Notes: generated by a model from the letters alone, not told the origin. DNA of 60,527 nucleotides, filler included, from Catajapyx aquilonaris (GCA_000934665.2; 4 parts of 4 records of this genome joined end to end with filler, not necessarily neighbours in it); one strand, 5' to 3'. Positions 1 through 12,501 are shown, counted from the whole stretch's first letter. Translations and numbers: made by a program.

Positions 1-1514
1 AATAACTTTTTTGGTTTCAAACGCGTCCCGTCAGTGTGGTCACCTCATTTGGTGGACCATAACTCGGAGAAGCTCATGTCAAATCTTATATTTGATATAC
101 GTATGGGAGAGGTATTTTTATGCTCCAGGAGATGGTCTTACCCAAAATTGAAAAATACAAAAATTTAAAGTCAAAGATGGCGCCCAAAACTTTGATTTTG
201 AGATTGCTTATTGATGGCCCCTTACGATATCTTTTGGATGGCACTTAAAATGATCAGGGCAATGTTTAATTGACATTTCCGCAAAATCTGGAGAACCCTT
301 TTTTGATATTTGCCAAATATAAAAACATTTTAGTTGCAAGACGTGTAGCGTAAGAGTAGTCACCTCAATATTGGTAATGAAATTACTCCAAATGTGTTGG
401 GTTAAATATTCATGCTACAGATCGTGAGAATTCCAGATTCTAGCGCTCTATATGGGTAATAATAAATAGCAATTTTAGTAACATACTAAAAAGATAATTC
501 GCATGAAGTTATAACAGAAGCGCCCATTTTTAAGCCCCTGTTTAACTTTATGCAGATTATCTTTTTATTAGGCAATAGCGAAATCGGTATTTGCATTATA
601 TTCTATGTAGTGTTAGAATCAGGCATTCTATTGATGTGCAACATGAATATTTAACGCAACATACTTGGAGTAATTTTATTGCTAATTGATGTGACTACTC
701 TTACGCTACACGTCTTGCAACTAAAATATTTTTATATTTGGCAAATATCAAAAAAGGATTCTCCAGATTTTGCGGAAATGTCAATTAAACATTACCCTGA
801 TCATTTTAAGTGTCATCCAAAAGATATCGTAAGGGGCCATCAGTAAGCAATCTCAAAATCAAAGTTTTGGGCGCCATCTTTGACTTTAAATTTTTGTATT
901 TTTCAATTTTGGGTAAGACCATCTCCTGGAGCATAAAAATACCTCTCCCCTACGTATATCAAATATAAGATTTGACATGAGCTTCTCCGAGTTATGGTCC
1001 ACCAAATGAGGTGACCACACTGACGGGACGCGTTTGAAACCAAAAAAGTTATTATTGTCGGCAAATATCGAAAAATTGTTCTCCAGATTTTTCGGAAATA
1101 TGAAGTAAACATTGCCCTTGTCATTTTAAGTGCCATTCAAAAGAAGTGGTTGGGGGCCATCAATAAGCAATGTCAAAATCAAAGTTTCTGGCGCCATTTT
1201 TGACTTTACATTTTTGGATTCCTTAAAAATGAACACGACCATCTCATAGATCGTAAAATGCCCCTTCGAATGCACATATCAAATGTTATATTTGACCTGA
1301 CCTTCTAGGAGATATGGCCGTCAAAGTGACCGCGAACGTAGCAAAAATGCTCGAAAATGGGGACATTTGACTCCCTGTGGTTACGCAACCACGCAACGCA
1401 GAGGGATAATAATTTGGGTTCCTGCATAGGTCGATGAGTAGTACACGTCACTAAATTTTAGTCAAGGTCCTCAAAGATTTGTCGGAAGGTGGCCCGCTTG
1501 ACGTGGAATGCCTC
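1..1514. mobile_element. Long fold-back DNA transposon (Sola2-like termini), left end outside the window
   Basis: 1-414 is the near-perfect reverse complement of 642-1053. 1054-1330 is a diverged tandem copy of the arm subunit. The element ends ...CTTGACGTGGAATGCCTC|ATAT. GAG...CTC termini, long TIRs and a 4-bp AT-rich flank fit Sola2 (superfamily is inference). Confidence 0.7.
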
Positions 1515-2634
1515 ATATATATATTTGAAACGATCGCTGGAGCCTGCTTCAAGCTGTGTATATCAAAACTCGCCCCTTCTCATCGGCATCAAACTCATAT
1601 GGTACAATGCAAATAGCTTTTTTTTGCCTAAAATGACTGAGGCGAAAGAACATAATATTATTTCTGTACATTCATCCGAACGGGAACGTCATGTTTGAAT
1701 ACGGTAGACTGTAAAATTTTCACATCAAAATACTCCATTTATAAGTGACTTTATTAGCATAACTTTTTAATGATAAATAATGAGAATGTGGCAATGACGG
1801 CACAGAAGGATCACATTTTCATTTCCAGTTCATTTCATCTTCATTTTTTTAAACAGTCCGCGAACAGGTTCACTCAAATGGGGCATGATAATTATTTCGG
1901 TGTCAACATTTGGATAATTTTCTAATGTAAAGAGGGGGGGAGGCAATGACTCTTCCTATGGAGTGTTGAGGCACCTGTTTCATTATTCAACTTGGAAAGT
2001 ACGTAAGAAAGATGTAACAGGGAGAAGATGGCTCCCCGGCGGGCGGATGGGAGAACCGACGGGCTGATATGTTTGCGATGGTAGGCGCGCATGACCTGCT
2101 CAACAAAGCTTAGCTTCTGGAGTAGTGTAGGCCTTGCTGCTGTTTTGCCATTAAGGTGGATATGAACCTACTCTCTAGTCAACTGAGAGTCTAGAATGGG
2201 AAAGTTAATAAGAAGTGCTAAAATCAGGGAAACATATGCAGCCGATGCAGCAGTAAATGCTGTTCAATCCTATATGCATTCCATTCGAATCTGCGTTTTG
2301 AACTCGATTTAATATGGACCTATTACCGGCTGGATGTTTTTGTGCGCAATCGCTATTTTCACACCTGCCAACTGTAACATGGTATTTGGAGGTATTCCGA
2401 ATATTTTTTATTTTGGATGGAAATCAATTTTATTCGGTCGTAATTACGAGGTCCCACTTTGTCATGGCATTTTTACAAGTTTATTTCCGAAAGGGGAGCC
2501 TGTAGCTCTTCATTTGTGCCTGATTTGGTACGCATTGTGTTGGTATGCGTGTGCACAGATAGAAGTGGCAACGCAGCAAGGTCCGCCCCCTCGTACCCGC
2601 CTTCTGTCGCCACCGGAAGTCCGGAACGGCAAAG

Positions 2635-2737
2635 ATTTCGTCCCACTGCAATGAGTTTCTTCTCACTTAGCAGTACCAGTGCTGGTACTGGAATAGCTCA
2701 GTTAGCAGTAACTAGCAGTGGGATTAAAATTCCACCC
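2635..2737. mobile_element. Partial short palindromic MITE (family of 40297-40405)
   Basis: tttcgtcccact...cagttagcagtaactagcagtgggattaaaattccaccc matches the 40297-40405 copy. Confidence 0.6.
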
Positions 2738-3679
2738 AAGGTTCTGCAGCAACATAATTGTATTGCATGTTTATCCATATACTATCGAAAGAGAGCGACA
2801 TAATAACCACTGGCGCACCCACGCCACGGTGGGAGGGGCNNNNNNNNNNNNNNNNNNNNNNNNNNNNNNNNNNNNNNNNNNNGGAAAAACCCGAATTAAA
2901 AATACGGGGGGAAATTTAGCAACCGGAAACTATGCAGCTATAATGTATCAGTTATAATATGACTAATATAACTATTAACTAATACTTACTAATCTTACAA
3001 ACATCCCCCCTCCCCCTGCCAAACGAAAATCCTGCGTGAGCCATTGTCAAAAGACTCATAAAAGTCATAACCATCTCACTTGCACTCATATTTCGCTGTC
3101 GTATGCAACCGTATCTCGCTACTGTAAACGCGGTGTTGCCACTTACTTCCTCGCCTGAGGCAATGTAATGTAATTGGAGAGTTTTTCGTCGATAACAATT
3201 TAAATACCAGGGCAAGGTGTCATTTTCTTTTCAGAATTACTCTCTACATATTATTCCTCATATTTTAATCATTTTAATTTAAAGGTCTTAGATATCTAAG
3301 ATGCTTTCCAGGAAAGTTTTTATTCCCCATAAGCCTCAATGTTAATTGGAAACTTCCGAGTCACCCTGTGAGCTCATTTGCATGGGAAGGGGTAGTTTTT
3401 TTGGTGCCATTGCATTGGGAAGAAGACCTCTTAAACTATGACGTGTGTAACTTTCATAGAGTTGTTAGATAGTGACCTGTAGGTTCTTATCCACCTTAAG
3501 AGCCTATCCAATCAACAAATCAATCGACGGGTATCGGACAGGCATTTCTCCATCAGCACCTGTCCACGTCCACACTGCGCTACCGCGCATGGGTCCAGAC
3601 CGCGCACCGCCTGAGTTATTGCCCTCTAGCGGGTCAGATTCCGAACAGCCCCTTGTAGACTCTCCGGAAATATGAAGCA

Positions 3680-4085
3680 CACATTTCAAGGTTCATTTTG
3701 AGTGCCATTCAAAAAATCTCAAAAATGGCCAACGTTGAGGAATATTAAAATCAAAGTTTCGCCGCCATCTTGAAGTCCAAATTTTTGCTTCCGGCGATTT
3801 TCAATGCGATATCATGAAAGGCCGTTAAAATAGGTTTCTAAATCACCCATCACATTTGGATTCACTTCAGGGGTTCAGAAGTTACGGACCTCCATTCAAA
3901 AGCCCTGGCAGCGTAAAATGAGTGAAAAATCACAACTTACACACCCTGTAGTTTCGCAACCACGTGAGACAGAGAGACAAAATCTGGGTTTCTTACATAT
4001 AAGCACTGGTACAACACACCTATGGAATTTGGTCGAAATCGTACGAGATTTGTCGGGGGGTGGTCCGCTTGACGTGGAATGCCTC
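3680..4085. mobile_element. Diverged right arm of the same fold-back family as 1-1514
   Basis: Shares tcattttgagtgccattcaaa / aaaatcaaagttt..gccatcttga and the identical terminus CCGCTTGACGTGGAATGCCTC. Confidence 0.7.
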
Positions 4086-4110
4086 ATACACACACACACC
4101 CACACACACA

Positions 4111-4367
4111 GGCGCGCATTCCTATCCTTGTGAGGTTTTTCCAAGATTTAAAATTTAAACCTAACCTAACCTAACCTACAAGGAAACACGAAATTTTGGC
4201 GAAATATATTTTTACTGTCTTTATGAGGTATTTTTTCGATTTTTCCCTATCCTTGTGAGGCGTGTGTTCACTATGAGGTACAGGAAAACTACCTCGTAAT
4301 GACAAAATTCCTCACAAGGACAGGAAAAACGCGTCAAAAATTCCTCACAAGGATAGCAATACGCGCC
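4111..4367. mobile_element. TIR element inserted in a (CA)n tract, carrying internal (CCTAA)n
   Basis: TIR ggcgcgcattcctatccttgtgagg / cctcacaaggatagcaatacgcgcc. CA repeats on both flanks. aacctaacctaacctaaccta at 4158-4178. Confidence 0.75.
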
Positions 4368-4379
4368 CACTCACACACA

Positions 4380-4709
4380 CAGGGTGTCCCATCTTTTTTG
4401 TCCGAACAGTCATCGGAAAATTGCGCGTAGCTGCTACTTTTAAGCAGTGACTTGCAACCGGTGATTTGTCGGAGGAATGGGGAATGGGTAAAAAGAGGGT
4501 CCACACATCCCATGGCATGTGTGACCCTCTTTTTTCCAAGCTTGACCCTCAATTTTCAGCGGGCAGCCCGTATGCCGCTTCAACCTACGATTCGCAGGGA
4601 ATATTCCCCGTTCCTCCGAAAAATCACCGTTTGCAAGTCACTGCTTAAAAAGTAGCAGCTACGCTCAATTTTCCGATAACTGTTCGGACAAAAAAGATGG
4701 GACACCCTG
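4380..4709. mobile_element. Tc1/mariner-type palindromic MITE (CAGGGTG ends)
   Basis: ~105-bp inverted arms cagggtgtcccatcttttttgtccgaacag... / ...ctgttcggacaaaaaagatgggacaccctg followed by TA. Relatives at 31093 and 57192. Confidence 0.9.
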
Positions 4710-4899
4710 TATAGTCAAGAAAGACAGAGGAAACAGAAAGAAGAAGAAAACAGAGGCTTCAGATAGGAATGTAAAATTCTTCACATTTATGACTTTAATG
4801 TTAGTGTTATTGGGGTGAGGATATTTTCAAAGACCCTGATTAAAATGTTAATCCGTGAACTTGGTGTTATGTTATTAATTTTACAAGAAATAAATTATA

Positions 4900-6195
4900 T
4901 TTCTTTCGTGACTTACACAACACTTGAAACGTGACTTACACGACATTTTTGTCCTCATTGCTTTCTGATTAGATTCGTGAGAAGAATTTTGGATTTTTAG
5001 GGCAGAAACCAAGTAATCTCTCTTATTACATGTTATTTTATTAAAACATTTAAATGATAGGCCTACATGAGAATGTGCAGGGCTACCATTTTTAAAATTA
5101 ACATTTGAACATGTATAATGCATATTTAATGTGTGTACCTAACCAGACAGCAGTGGATTCATTGTATTGTCATGTGAGGTGGCCAGGTGTAATACCTGAT
5201 GGTCATCGCTGGCCACCCTGTCATGGGATATAATGCCATGAAGGCGGAAGGGATAGGCTACTACAATTCATGTAGTCTATATGTGTATAAATGGTTTATA
5301 AATAGGTATAACTTGCCCAACAAAGCATGTAGCGAGCTCTGTCAATTACATTTGCAGTCAATGACTGCTTTGTTATCTGTAAAACGAAAAGCGGATTCAC
5401 TACTATTGTAGATTCTGCAGGCAAATTACACATCTGGGATGAATTAGCTGTAGGAGTACCGGAAGTTTGTGGTACAATGTCTTTAATAAGTCGAGTTAAA
5501 AATAAAAACAATATCAATCTCAAAAATGGAAGCATTGGAAATAAGAGAACGTTCTAGTTCATAATGTCCAATAGTGTACTGAAATAGTGAGATTTCCTTA
5601 GTCAGAAAAATAAACAACTTTTCTAGTAGGAGTTCACATTTCATCAAGCGTAGCCATTCTTCTTTCAATATCCTTTGATTCAATGAATATAATATTCAAA
5701 TTTGAATAAACTCTATGGACAATTTGCAAATTATTCTCCAGCTGTGTTTGTATCAAACTGTCTGGCATTGATGGCTTCTCAAATTCTACATTTTACGATT
5801 TTTACCTTCAAAGCGTCTCTCTCACTAAAAGTCGCCGATTTTAATAATATTACACCTTTCTTTTTGCCTTTCCAATGCACTTATCTAGGACAGCTCTTAC
5901 TTCCCTTCTTGCTTTAACTACGACATTTGCTTTTTCTTCCATTCCACTACTGTAAGTGCCATTTTGCCAGCCGGGAAACAATAGTGACAGTGGCATCCAA
6001 GCGGAAACGTGACTTACACGACAAAAATTAAATGGTCGTAACAATGTTCAGACAAAAATTACCTCGAAATTATTATTATTATCACTTGTAGGGTGTTACT
6101 GTGTAGTGAGAAGGTAATTAATATCAACTTTTAGATTTTGGTACTACAGCTAAAAATTTAAAAAAGGTCTAAAAATTGTGACTTACACGACACAC
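4900..6195 (-). mobile_element. Probable decayed DNA transposon with repeated subterminal motif
   Basis: The motif gtgacttacacgaca occurs four times (~4908, 4931, 6009, 6178) around broken minus-strand frames. Family not established. Confidence 0.35.
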
Positions 6196-6984
6196 AAAGA
6201 TGGTAAGTTATATAAACTGTCTAATTTTTATGCTGAATAAGTAATTGCAATGGAAAGATAAATATACAGCGCATTCATCCAGTTCTTATGTGATAGAAAT
6301 CACCACCCGCCACATTGAAAATAAACAGTGTTGTTAACTCGAATGCATGGGACAATTCTCTAATATCTGTTCGAAAATAAAAAATACACAATCTCGGCTT
6401 TCAGAAAAGACCATATCGTAGAAATGATTTATTTTAAAATCTGACCCTGATGTATAGCCTACTTTTGCATGGGATTACCCGTTGATAAATAAAAACCTAC
6501 GATGACAACGATATTGGTTTTAATTGTTGCATGTACCCCATGGTACGCACCATTAATAATGACTTTCAAACCAACGTTGGGATGTACACAAGAATTATTG
6601 TGCTGATGAGTCTTCAAAGATTGAAATTGCAATATCTCAGTTTCACATGAGATGGACCTATTCTTGATCGTTTTTCTCCCGAAGTCTTCATTTATACTTT
6701 AGGCCTATTTTGTGCCTGTAATATTATCCTCCACACGTCCGAGGCTGAGTGGAAGGTCCCGTGTTTGATCCCCACCACTGCACTGTGGAGATAGCTGCAT
6801 AATTCAAACCGATAGGCGATAGATAGCGAGGCAGGTGGACAATATTCAGGTTCAGGCGCGGGTCTATATTTTAAATCAAATGTTAGTAATAAAGAATAAG
6901 AATTATTATATAATTTATGTAGGCATACTGTATACCTGCGCTGTTACAACCGGCTCTAATAAGCAGGAAGGCCTAGTGATGGGA

Positions 6985-7075
6985 AGGTAGGTAGGTAGGA
7001 AGGAAGGAAGGAAGGAAGGAAGGAAGGAAGGAAGGAAGGAAGGAAGGAAGGAAGGAAGGAAGGAAGGCAGGCAGA
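6985..7075. repeat. (GAAG)n microsatellite
   Basis: Direct tandem repeat. Confidence 0.95.
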
Positions 7076-7179
7076 ATGCTGAATCTTAGGAAGTGAAAGC
7101 CTTTGTTGTACTATGAAGCTTCCGCCGAATGAAATTGCTGCTGGGATGGAGCAACCATTCATATGCAAATCAGAGCCGG

Positions 7180-7400
7180 CGCTGTACATACCTGCAACTG
7201 GCAGGTTGACTGGAATAACTACCTTGGACACACTTTGATCCCCATTTTGGTATTCAGGCCGGCTGGCAAAATCTGGCTAATTGCTGAAACCTGCTGGCTG
7301 CACGCTGATGTAGATGTATGCAGTCATACAGTGCTTGCATTCAAGTCTTATGTGGCATGTCAGACCAGATCCTTGTTGCTGAAGAAGAGGATCCAGGTGC
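7180..7400 (+). pseudogene. Possible Penelope-like GIY-YIG endonuclease remnant
   Basis: Translations VFRPAGKI and KSYVACQTRSLLLKKRI resemble Penelope VFRP..KI and YVGQTGR.L..RI motifs. Heavily decayed. Confidence 0.4.
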
Positions 7401-7407
7401 GGCTGGA

Positions 7408-7441
<34 letters not shown>

Positions 7442-8049
7442 TCCACAGAATTCGGCTAACTGTCAATAAAGCCGCTGCTCTTACTTTGGAGATGGTGTGG
7501 AGAGGGGCCGGGTTAATATATTGTTGGTAAGTCAATATTAGCCTTGGGTGTTCAACTACACTGTGTAAAGTGAAGATAATGAGTGGCCTACCGCCTGATT
7601 TGCTAGATTCAATGGATACTCCAGGCACTCTCTTCCGAGGGAGTTGTGGAAACACAAGAGTGTTAATAGAGTCTTGTTTGCACAAGATGATCTAACAAGT
7701 GCCACCAGCTGAAAAGCCCTCGGCAGGTTCAGCTGATGAGAGAGAATGATCGGTTTCATTACGTCACCACTCCCGAGTGTTTGCTGACTTTCAGCAGTGG
7801 CGCTCAACATTCCTTTATTTGGAGACAGAGCCGGCCTATCTACACTATTGACATATCGACACTTGAGTCTCACTCCTGGATATCCTCACCAAAGGGCGAT
7901 TGCCTATAACAGAACATCTGTACCGGGGCGTAGCCACCAACTTCCTCATCTCTTCCCTACGGGCCTTGGGAGCTTCCATCTACTTATCACGGAGATCGTC
8001 GCTCTTCCTTCTAGCTTCCGCAAATTTCCTAATCAAATAGGTCGACGCC

Positions 8050-8050
<1 letters not shown>

Positions 8051-8116
<66 letters not shown>

Positions 8117-8153
8117 GTTATTATTGTTGTTGTTGTTGTTGTTGTTGTTGTTA
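8051..8153. repeat. (ATT)n(GTT)n compound microsatellite
   Basis: Direct tandem repeat. Similar tracts at 12418-12500 and 36826-36957. Confidence 0.95.
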
Positions 8154-8734
8154 TGTAGCAAAGAGCCTTAACTTGTCTTAACCTATTTCGAATAAATCAA
8201 TTCGATCGATTAATTTTAATTAATTAGTAGATCGATCAATTAATCAAGTTGAATCAAAGTTGCCCTACATGATGACAGGGTGCCCTGTACAATATTATGC
8301 TACAGTCAATGTGTTTAACCCGGGCATTTTGTAAAATGACCGGGTCACTGTATAGAAGGCCCATTTTTTGGCCAGTGTGTATAATGGGAAGGCATTTCAC
8401 AAATGGGCCGGATATTTTATATAATGCCCACGTTCGTTGGGCAGTGTGTTGCTTCTTGTATCGTCATCTGTTATCGCTTGTACAGTACTCTGCCTATCGC
8501 TCCTACCAAGCTCTTACTCCTACACATTCCTCTATTCAGAAAAAGGTGTCTGTCCTCTCAGTCGTGTTTTATTTCACTTACGAATGTTTTCCGTATTCGA
8601 ATTATTTGTTTGTGATTCATCGCCATGGACGTGAGTGCAATGCTTAAAACGTTCGAGGAAAAGCTGGCCGGTCTCGTAAGTGGAAAAATATATAACAGTA
8701 CCTTTCTTACCACTCACTCACAAGTACACCCAGA

Positions 8735-9028
8735 CCTGTGGTCCAATACCTATGGGGACTTGGGAAACACACCTTTTTCGACGCGAGTGTAAACTAACCC
8801 TACCCTACCTAACCTACTCTACCCTAACTAACCTAGGCTGAGATAAACGGACTTTTGTAAAACGGTGCTATACGTAACTGTGGGGACGCGTCCCCACAGT
8901 AATAGTGCCAAATACCGTGTGTATCGCTGTCGGGACCGATAAATGTCCCCAGAGTTACGTCCTGTCCCCGGAGTTACCGGTACGGTAAAAAACACCGATT
9001 TTGGTCCCCAGAGCTATTGGACCACAGG
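8735..9028. mobile_element. TIR element with internal telomere-like CCTAA/CCCTA repeats
   Basis: TIR cctgtggtccaatacctatggggac / gtccccagagctattggaccacagg. Repeated ggggac/gtcccc motifs. ctaaccctaccctacctaacc tract at ~8794-8836. Confidence 0.75.
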
Positions 9029-9045
9029 AACACGCGTCCAGAAAT

Positions 9046-9136
9046 ACGTACTATCGGCGCGGAAATGATACGGACACTTGTCAATGTTCAGCTTACTCCC
9101 AAGTGTCCGTATACCATTTCCGTGCCGATAGTACGT
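9046..9136. mobile_element. 91-bp hairpin MITE
   Basis: acgtactatcggcgcggaaatgatacggacacttg / caagtgtccgtataccatttccgtgccgatagtacgt. Confidence 0.8.
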
Positions 9137-9391
9137 CCGTGCAAAGAAATATGATATTAGACTTAGCTGCTATTACTGGAAAGGTGGATAGCAAACAGAT
9201 TTCTCTTAGGGAGGCGGCATCTTACGTACAACAGCGTGCCAGGGTCACAGGGGTATAAGAAATGCAACTGCTAAACCAAGTGTGTGTCAAAAAAAAAAAA
9301 GTGCGCGTGCAGAGCTACCGGTCAGCTCTGTAATTCCAAGTGCGACAGCTTTTTGCCTTGCTCCAATAAATGATCCTTATGATTAACTGAT

Positions 9392-9700
9392 ACCGAAGCA
9401 ATTGGTGTAGTGGGTAAGGAGTCTGACTGCTAATCGGGAGGTCCTGGGTTCGAATCCCGGTGCCGGCAACTCTAACCGTGGTGTTCTGTGGTTTCCCACG
9501 GTTCCTCCAGGAGAATTCCGGAGTTGTTTCCGTAAAAATAGGCCACAGCCGCTTCCTTCCGTCCCTATCCTATCCCAAAAAGCTAAGTGAAAGTGAAAAC
9601 AAAGAGTTCCAGACAAAAAATCCCCCCCCCCTAAAGATCCGCCGCGCCGGCTTATCACGGGGTACGAATTATTATTATTATTATTATTTATTATTATTAT
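9392..9700 (+). mobile_element. tRNA-derived SINE, family A
   Basis: Pol III A box (tggtgtagtgg) and B box (gttcgaatcc), non-tRNA body, (ATT)n tail, flanking ttatgattaact duplication. Copies at 43236 and 43550. Confidence 0.9.
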
Positions 9701-9720
9701 GATTAACTCTGATTATAATG

Positions 9721-10292
9721 GGGGAAGGCGTGGTGGCCGAGATGGTAACGTCTCGGCTTGCTGTGCGGAAGGTCCCGGGTTCGATCCCCGCCAGGGAGTT
9801 CCCTTTCGCCTGCGCCAGTGGGTCTCTGACCAGCGCCTTAGAAGGCGTCTTGGCAGTCTAGCCTCCTGGGGTACCCTACTGCACATGACCCTTTTCAGAC
9901 ATTGCACTTGCACCAGTGTCCCTCCCCAAACATCCCTATCTTTACCCTACATCAGTGGTTTCCAACCTGGGGGTCGCGGGCAGGGTCGCGGGGGGTCGCG
10001 AGCCTTTGTTCAACTTTTTTTGTGCAAATTGGACCATTTTTGCCGCCGTACAGAGTGTATGTTTTCTGGAAATGGGTCAGTTGTAGAAGGGGCCGGGGGG
10101 GGGGGGGTTGCACATTTATGGAAACATGTTTAGGGGGTCGCAGTTGGTAAAAGGTTGGAAACCACTGCCCTACATCCTAAAATTCCTTGCACAGATTTCG
10201 AAGAAAATAAGAAAAATCGATTCAAATGGTGATAATCCACCCCCCTAAGAGAGCACTGCTCTATCACGGGGTGAAAGCATTTTTTTTAAAAA
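9721..10292 (+). mobile_element. tRNA-derived SINE, family B, interrupted by a hAT MITE
   Basis: A box tggccgagatgg, B box gttcgatccc. 16-bp TSD aactctgattataatg at 9705-9720 and 10293-10308. Confidence 0.9.
9953..10167. mobile_element. hAT MITE
   Basis: TIR cagtggtttccaacc / ggttggaaaccactg with a perfect 8-bp TSD ccctacat. Confidence 0.95.
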
Positions 10293-10950
10293 AACTCTGA
10301 TTATAATGCCTGTATGTTGATTTTGATAAGGGGATTTTTGTCTCAATAAAAAACACATTTGAAATTTCCTTGTCAGATAGAGCGATTCAATACATTGACC
10401 CTCTATAGGCATTCTGTATAATGACCGGACATTTTATACATTGACCAAAACTTGTTAAGGGTATTATACACACTGCCCAAAAGATTGGGCATTCTATACA
10501 GTGCCCGGTCATTTTACAAAACGCCCGGGTTAAACATATTGACCGTAACATATACACTATATGGACCTACAGACCTACAGTATAGAGGGTGTTTTGCAAA
10601 GATACATACTAACCTGTATTTCTCGGCCCCGGAGGATCATTTTGATGTAGTGGCATCATTTGGTTACTGTAATGGCGAGATAATTCTCATTTATGAAAAT
10701 GTACAACTTATTGCGTAGAGACTTTCACTCTTTCCACGACTACATCCATATTGTACTGTACAGTCTGCAAGCGAGGGACATACAATGTGCGTACGGTCAA
10801 TCACTGTAAAGACGAGGGTGTGTTGGAATTTTTCAAAATACGCTTCACCACTAACTTTTGTTCCAAGTCTTATATCCAGTAGGGAAAATCCGCGGAATGG
10901 AGCCAGTCCACTTTTGGGTCCGCATGTTTGCATGGAAATTGGGAGATATA

Positions 10951-11420
10951 CAAGGTGCTCAAAAACTCGCCGAAAGTGGCCACGTAGCCTGATAGGACTC
11001 GCAAAACTAATATAGGGATGTTGAAGTAGTTTTTGGCTAACGTGCATAGTTTTTGCGTACGACGCCTTTAAGATTTCGGAAGTTTCATGACGTCACATCC
11101 GCCTTGAGTCTGGCAACAATAAAGGCTTTCTGGCCATAAGATACAAGCTGCCAGATTGAAATCGTGGTTTATTTCTCAACAATCACAGTTGACAATATTC
11201 GTAACAATAATCAGTGCCAATGGCAACAACCACAACAACATGTATGATGACGCAATGGGGGCCTCAAGGCGGATGTGACATCATGAATCTTCCGAAATCT
11301 TAAAGGCGTCGTACGCAAAAACTATGCAAGTTAGCCCAAAACTACTTCAACATCCCTATATTAGTTTTGCGAGTCCTATCAGGCTACGTGGCCACTTTCC
11401 GCGAGTTTTTGAGCACCCTG
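10951..11420. mobile_element. Tc1/mariner-type palindromic MITE
   Basis: ~155-bp inverted arms, ta|caaggtgctcaaaaactcgc ... gcgagtttttgagcaccctg|ta. Confidence 0.9.
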
Positions 11421-11814
11421 TATAAATATACAAGTTGGTAGGTAGTATGCCTATACATTGGCCACCTCCATTAATGGAGCAAGGTAAAACCTGATGAATG
11501 ACTGGCTCCAGTGGCTCGGCTGACTACTCCAGTCCGGTGTATTATTATTTTTCCAAAGGCAAAAACATTAGCTCCAGTTGTGAGCATTGATGCGGCCAGC
11601 CATGTGTAGCATACGTATACTTTTCTGTGTCGTGTGACCCGACGAGGCAGCACCGAATAATGATACCCGCAGGCTGCATGAAATGAACCCCTTGGCGCAC
11701 TCAGAGGTCGTAACTCGCCATCCTGATGAGAACAGAGTTGAAGTTAGTCCTGTATAATGTCACGTATGTCATCACACACACACGTGCAGGGAAGAGGGCA
11801 CGCAGCCATTCAAT

Positions 11815-11858
<44 letters not shown>

Positions 11859-12443
11859 CATTCATAGTCATTTTGAGTGAGTGTATTGCAGGGTCCAACT
11901 GAAACGTGTTGGGCTAATTGATTGGAGACAAGAGGCCGAGGGGGAGTGCTTAGGGATGCGGTATCTTTAGGAGTTTAGGAGAAGGAGGCTTTTTTGATCA
12001 GTCATGTTGTGTCGGTGGCCGACGTATGAGACACCCGTGGATGAGCAGTGGCAAGGAAAAGTCGCGCTGCTCTTCAGCCCCGTACTTGTCGTTTTCTAGG
12101 CCATTCAACAGTAGTATATACAGATTCTGTTAGGGAGCCCAACCCCTCTGCCCTTTTTGCTCCGTGCTAAAATTAGTTTGGATACAGTCAGCCCTCAACA
12201 GTGGCACCAGCCTCAACCAACCCCTCCCTCCCTCCCTCCCTCCCTCCCTCCCTCCCTCCCTGTCCGTTTTGCCCACACTCCAATACACAAGGGTCCTCAC
12301 AATATAATATTGCAATCACTCGGAATAAGACTATTCTTGCTCCCTCCCACCTGGTTCAACTTTTCCATTATTAGGACGCGTTTACATATCAGCGGATTTG
12401 GTCAGCCATGAAACCGATTATTATTATTATTATTATTATTATT

Positions 12444-12501
<58 letters not shown>

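Larger units (their letters stand above)
8298..10550. mobile_element. Ginger-like (TGT...ACA) non-autonomous DNA transposon hosting five nested insertions
   Basis: Inverted ends tgctacagtcaatgtgtttaacccgggcattttgtaaaatgaccggg / cccggtcattttacaaaacgcccgggttaaacatattgaccgtaaca, with subterminal repeats. TGTTAC-type ends suggest Ginger (inference). Confidence 0.7.

Noticed and set aside
3619..3632. CTCF-like site (ccgctagagggcaa on the minus strand)
   Set aside because: A single motif match next to repeat sequence, expected by chance in 60 kb.
7797..8171. Poly-Leu/Ile/Val/Thr ORFs (also 12389-12667, 35401-35623, 36777-37007)
   Set aside because: They are translations of trinucleotide microsatellites.
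9392..9470. tRNA genes (also at 9721, 14479, 33416, 35216, 43550, 57660)
   Set aside because: Each tRNA-like head continues into a repeated body with a simple-repeat tail and TSD, and the acceptor stems are imperfect. These are SINEs.
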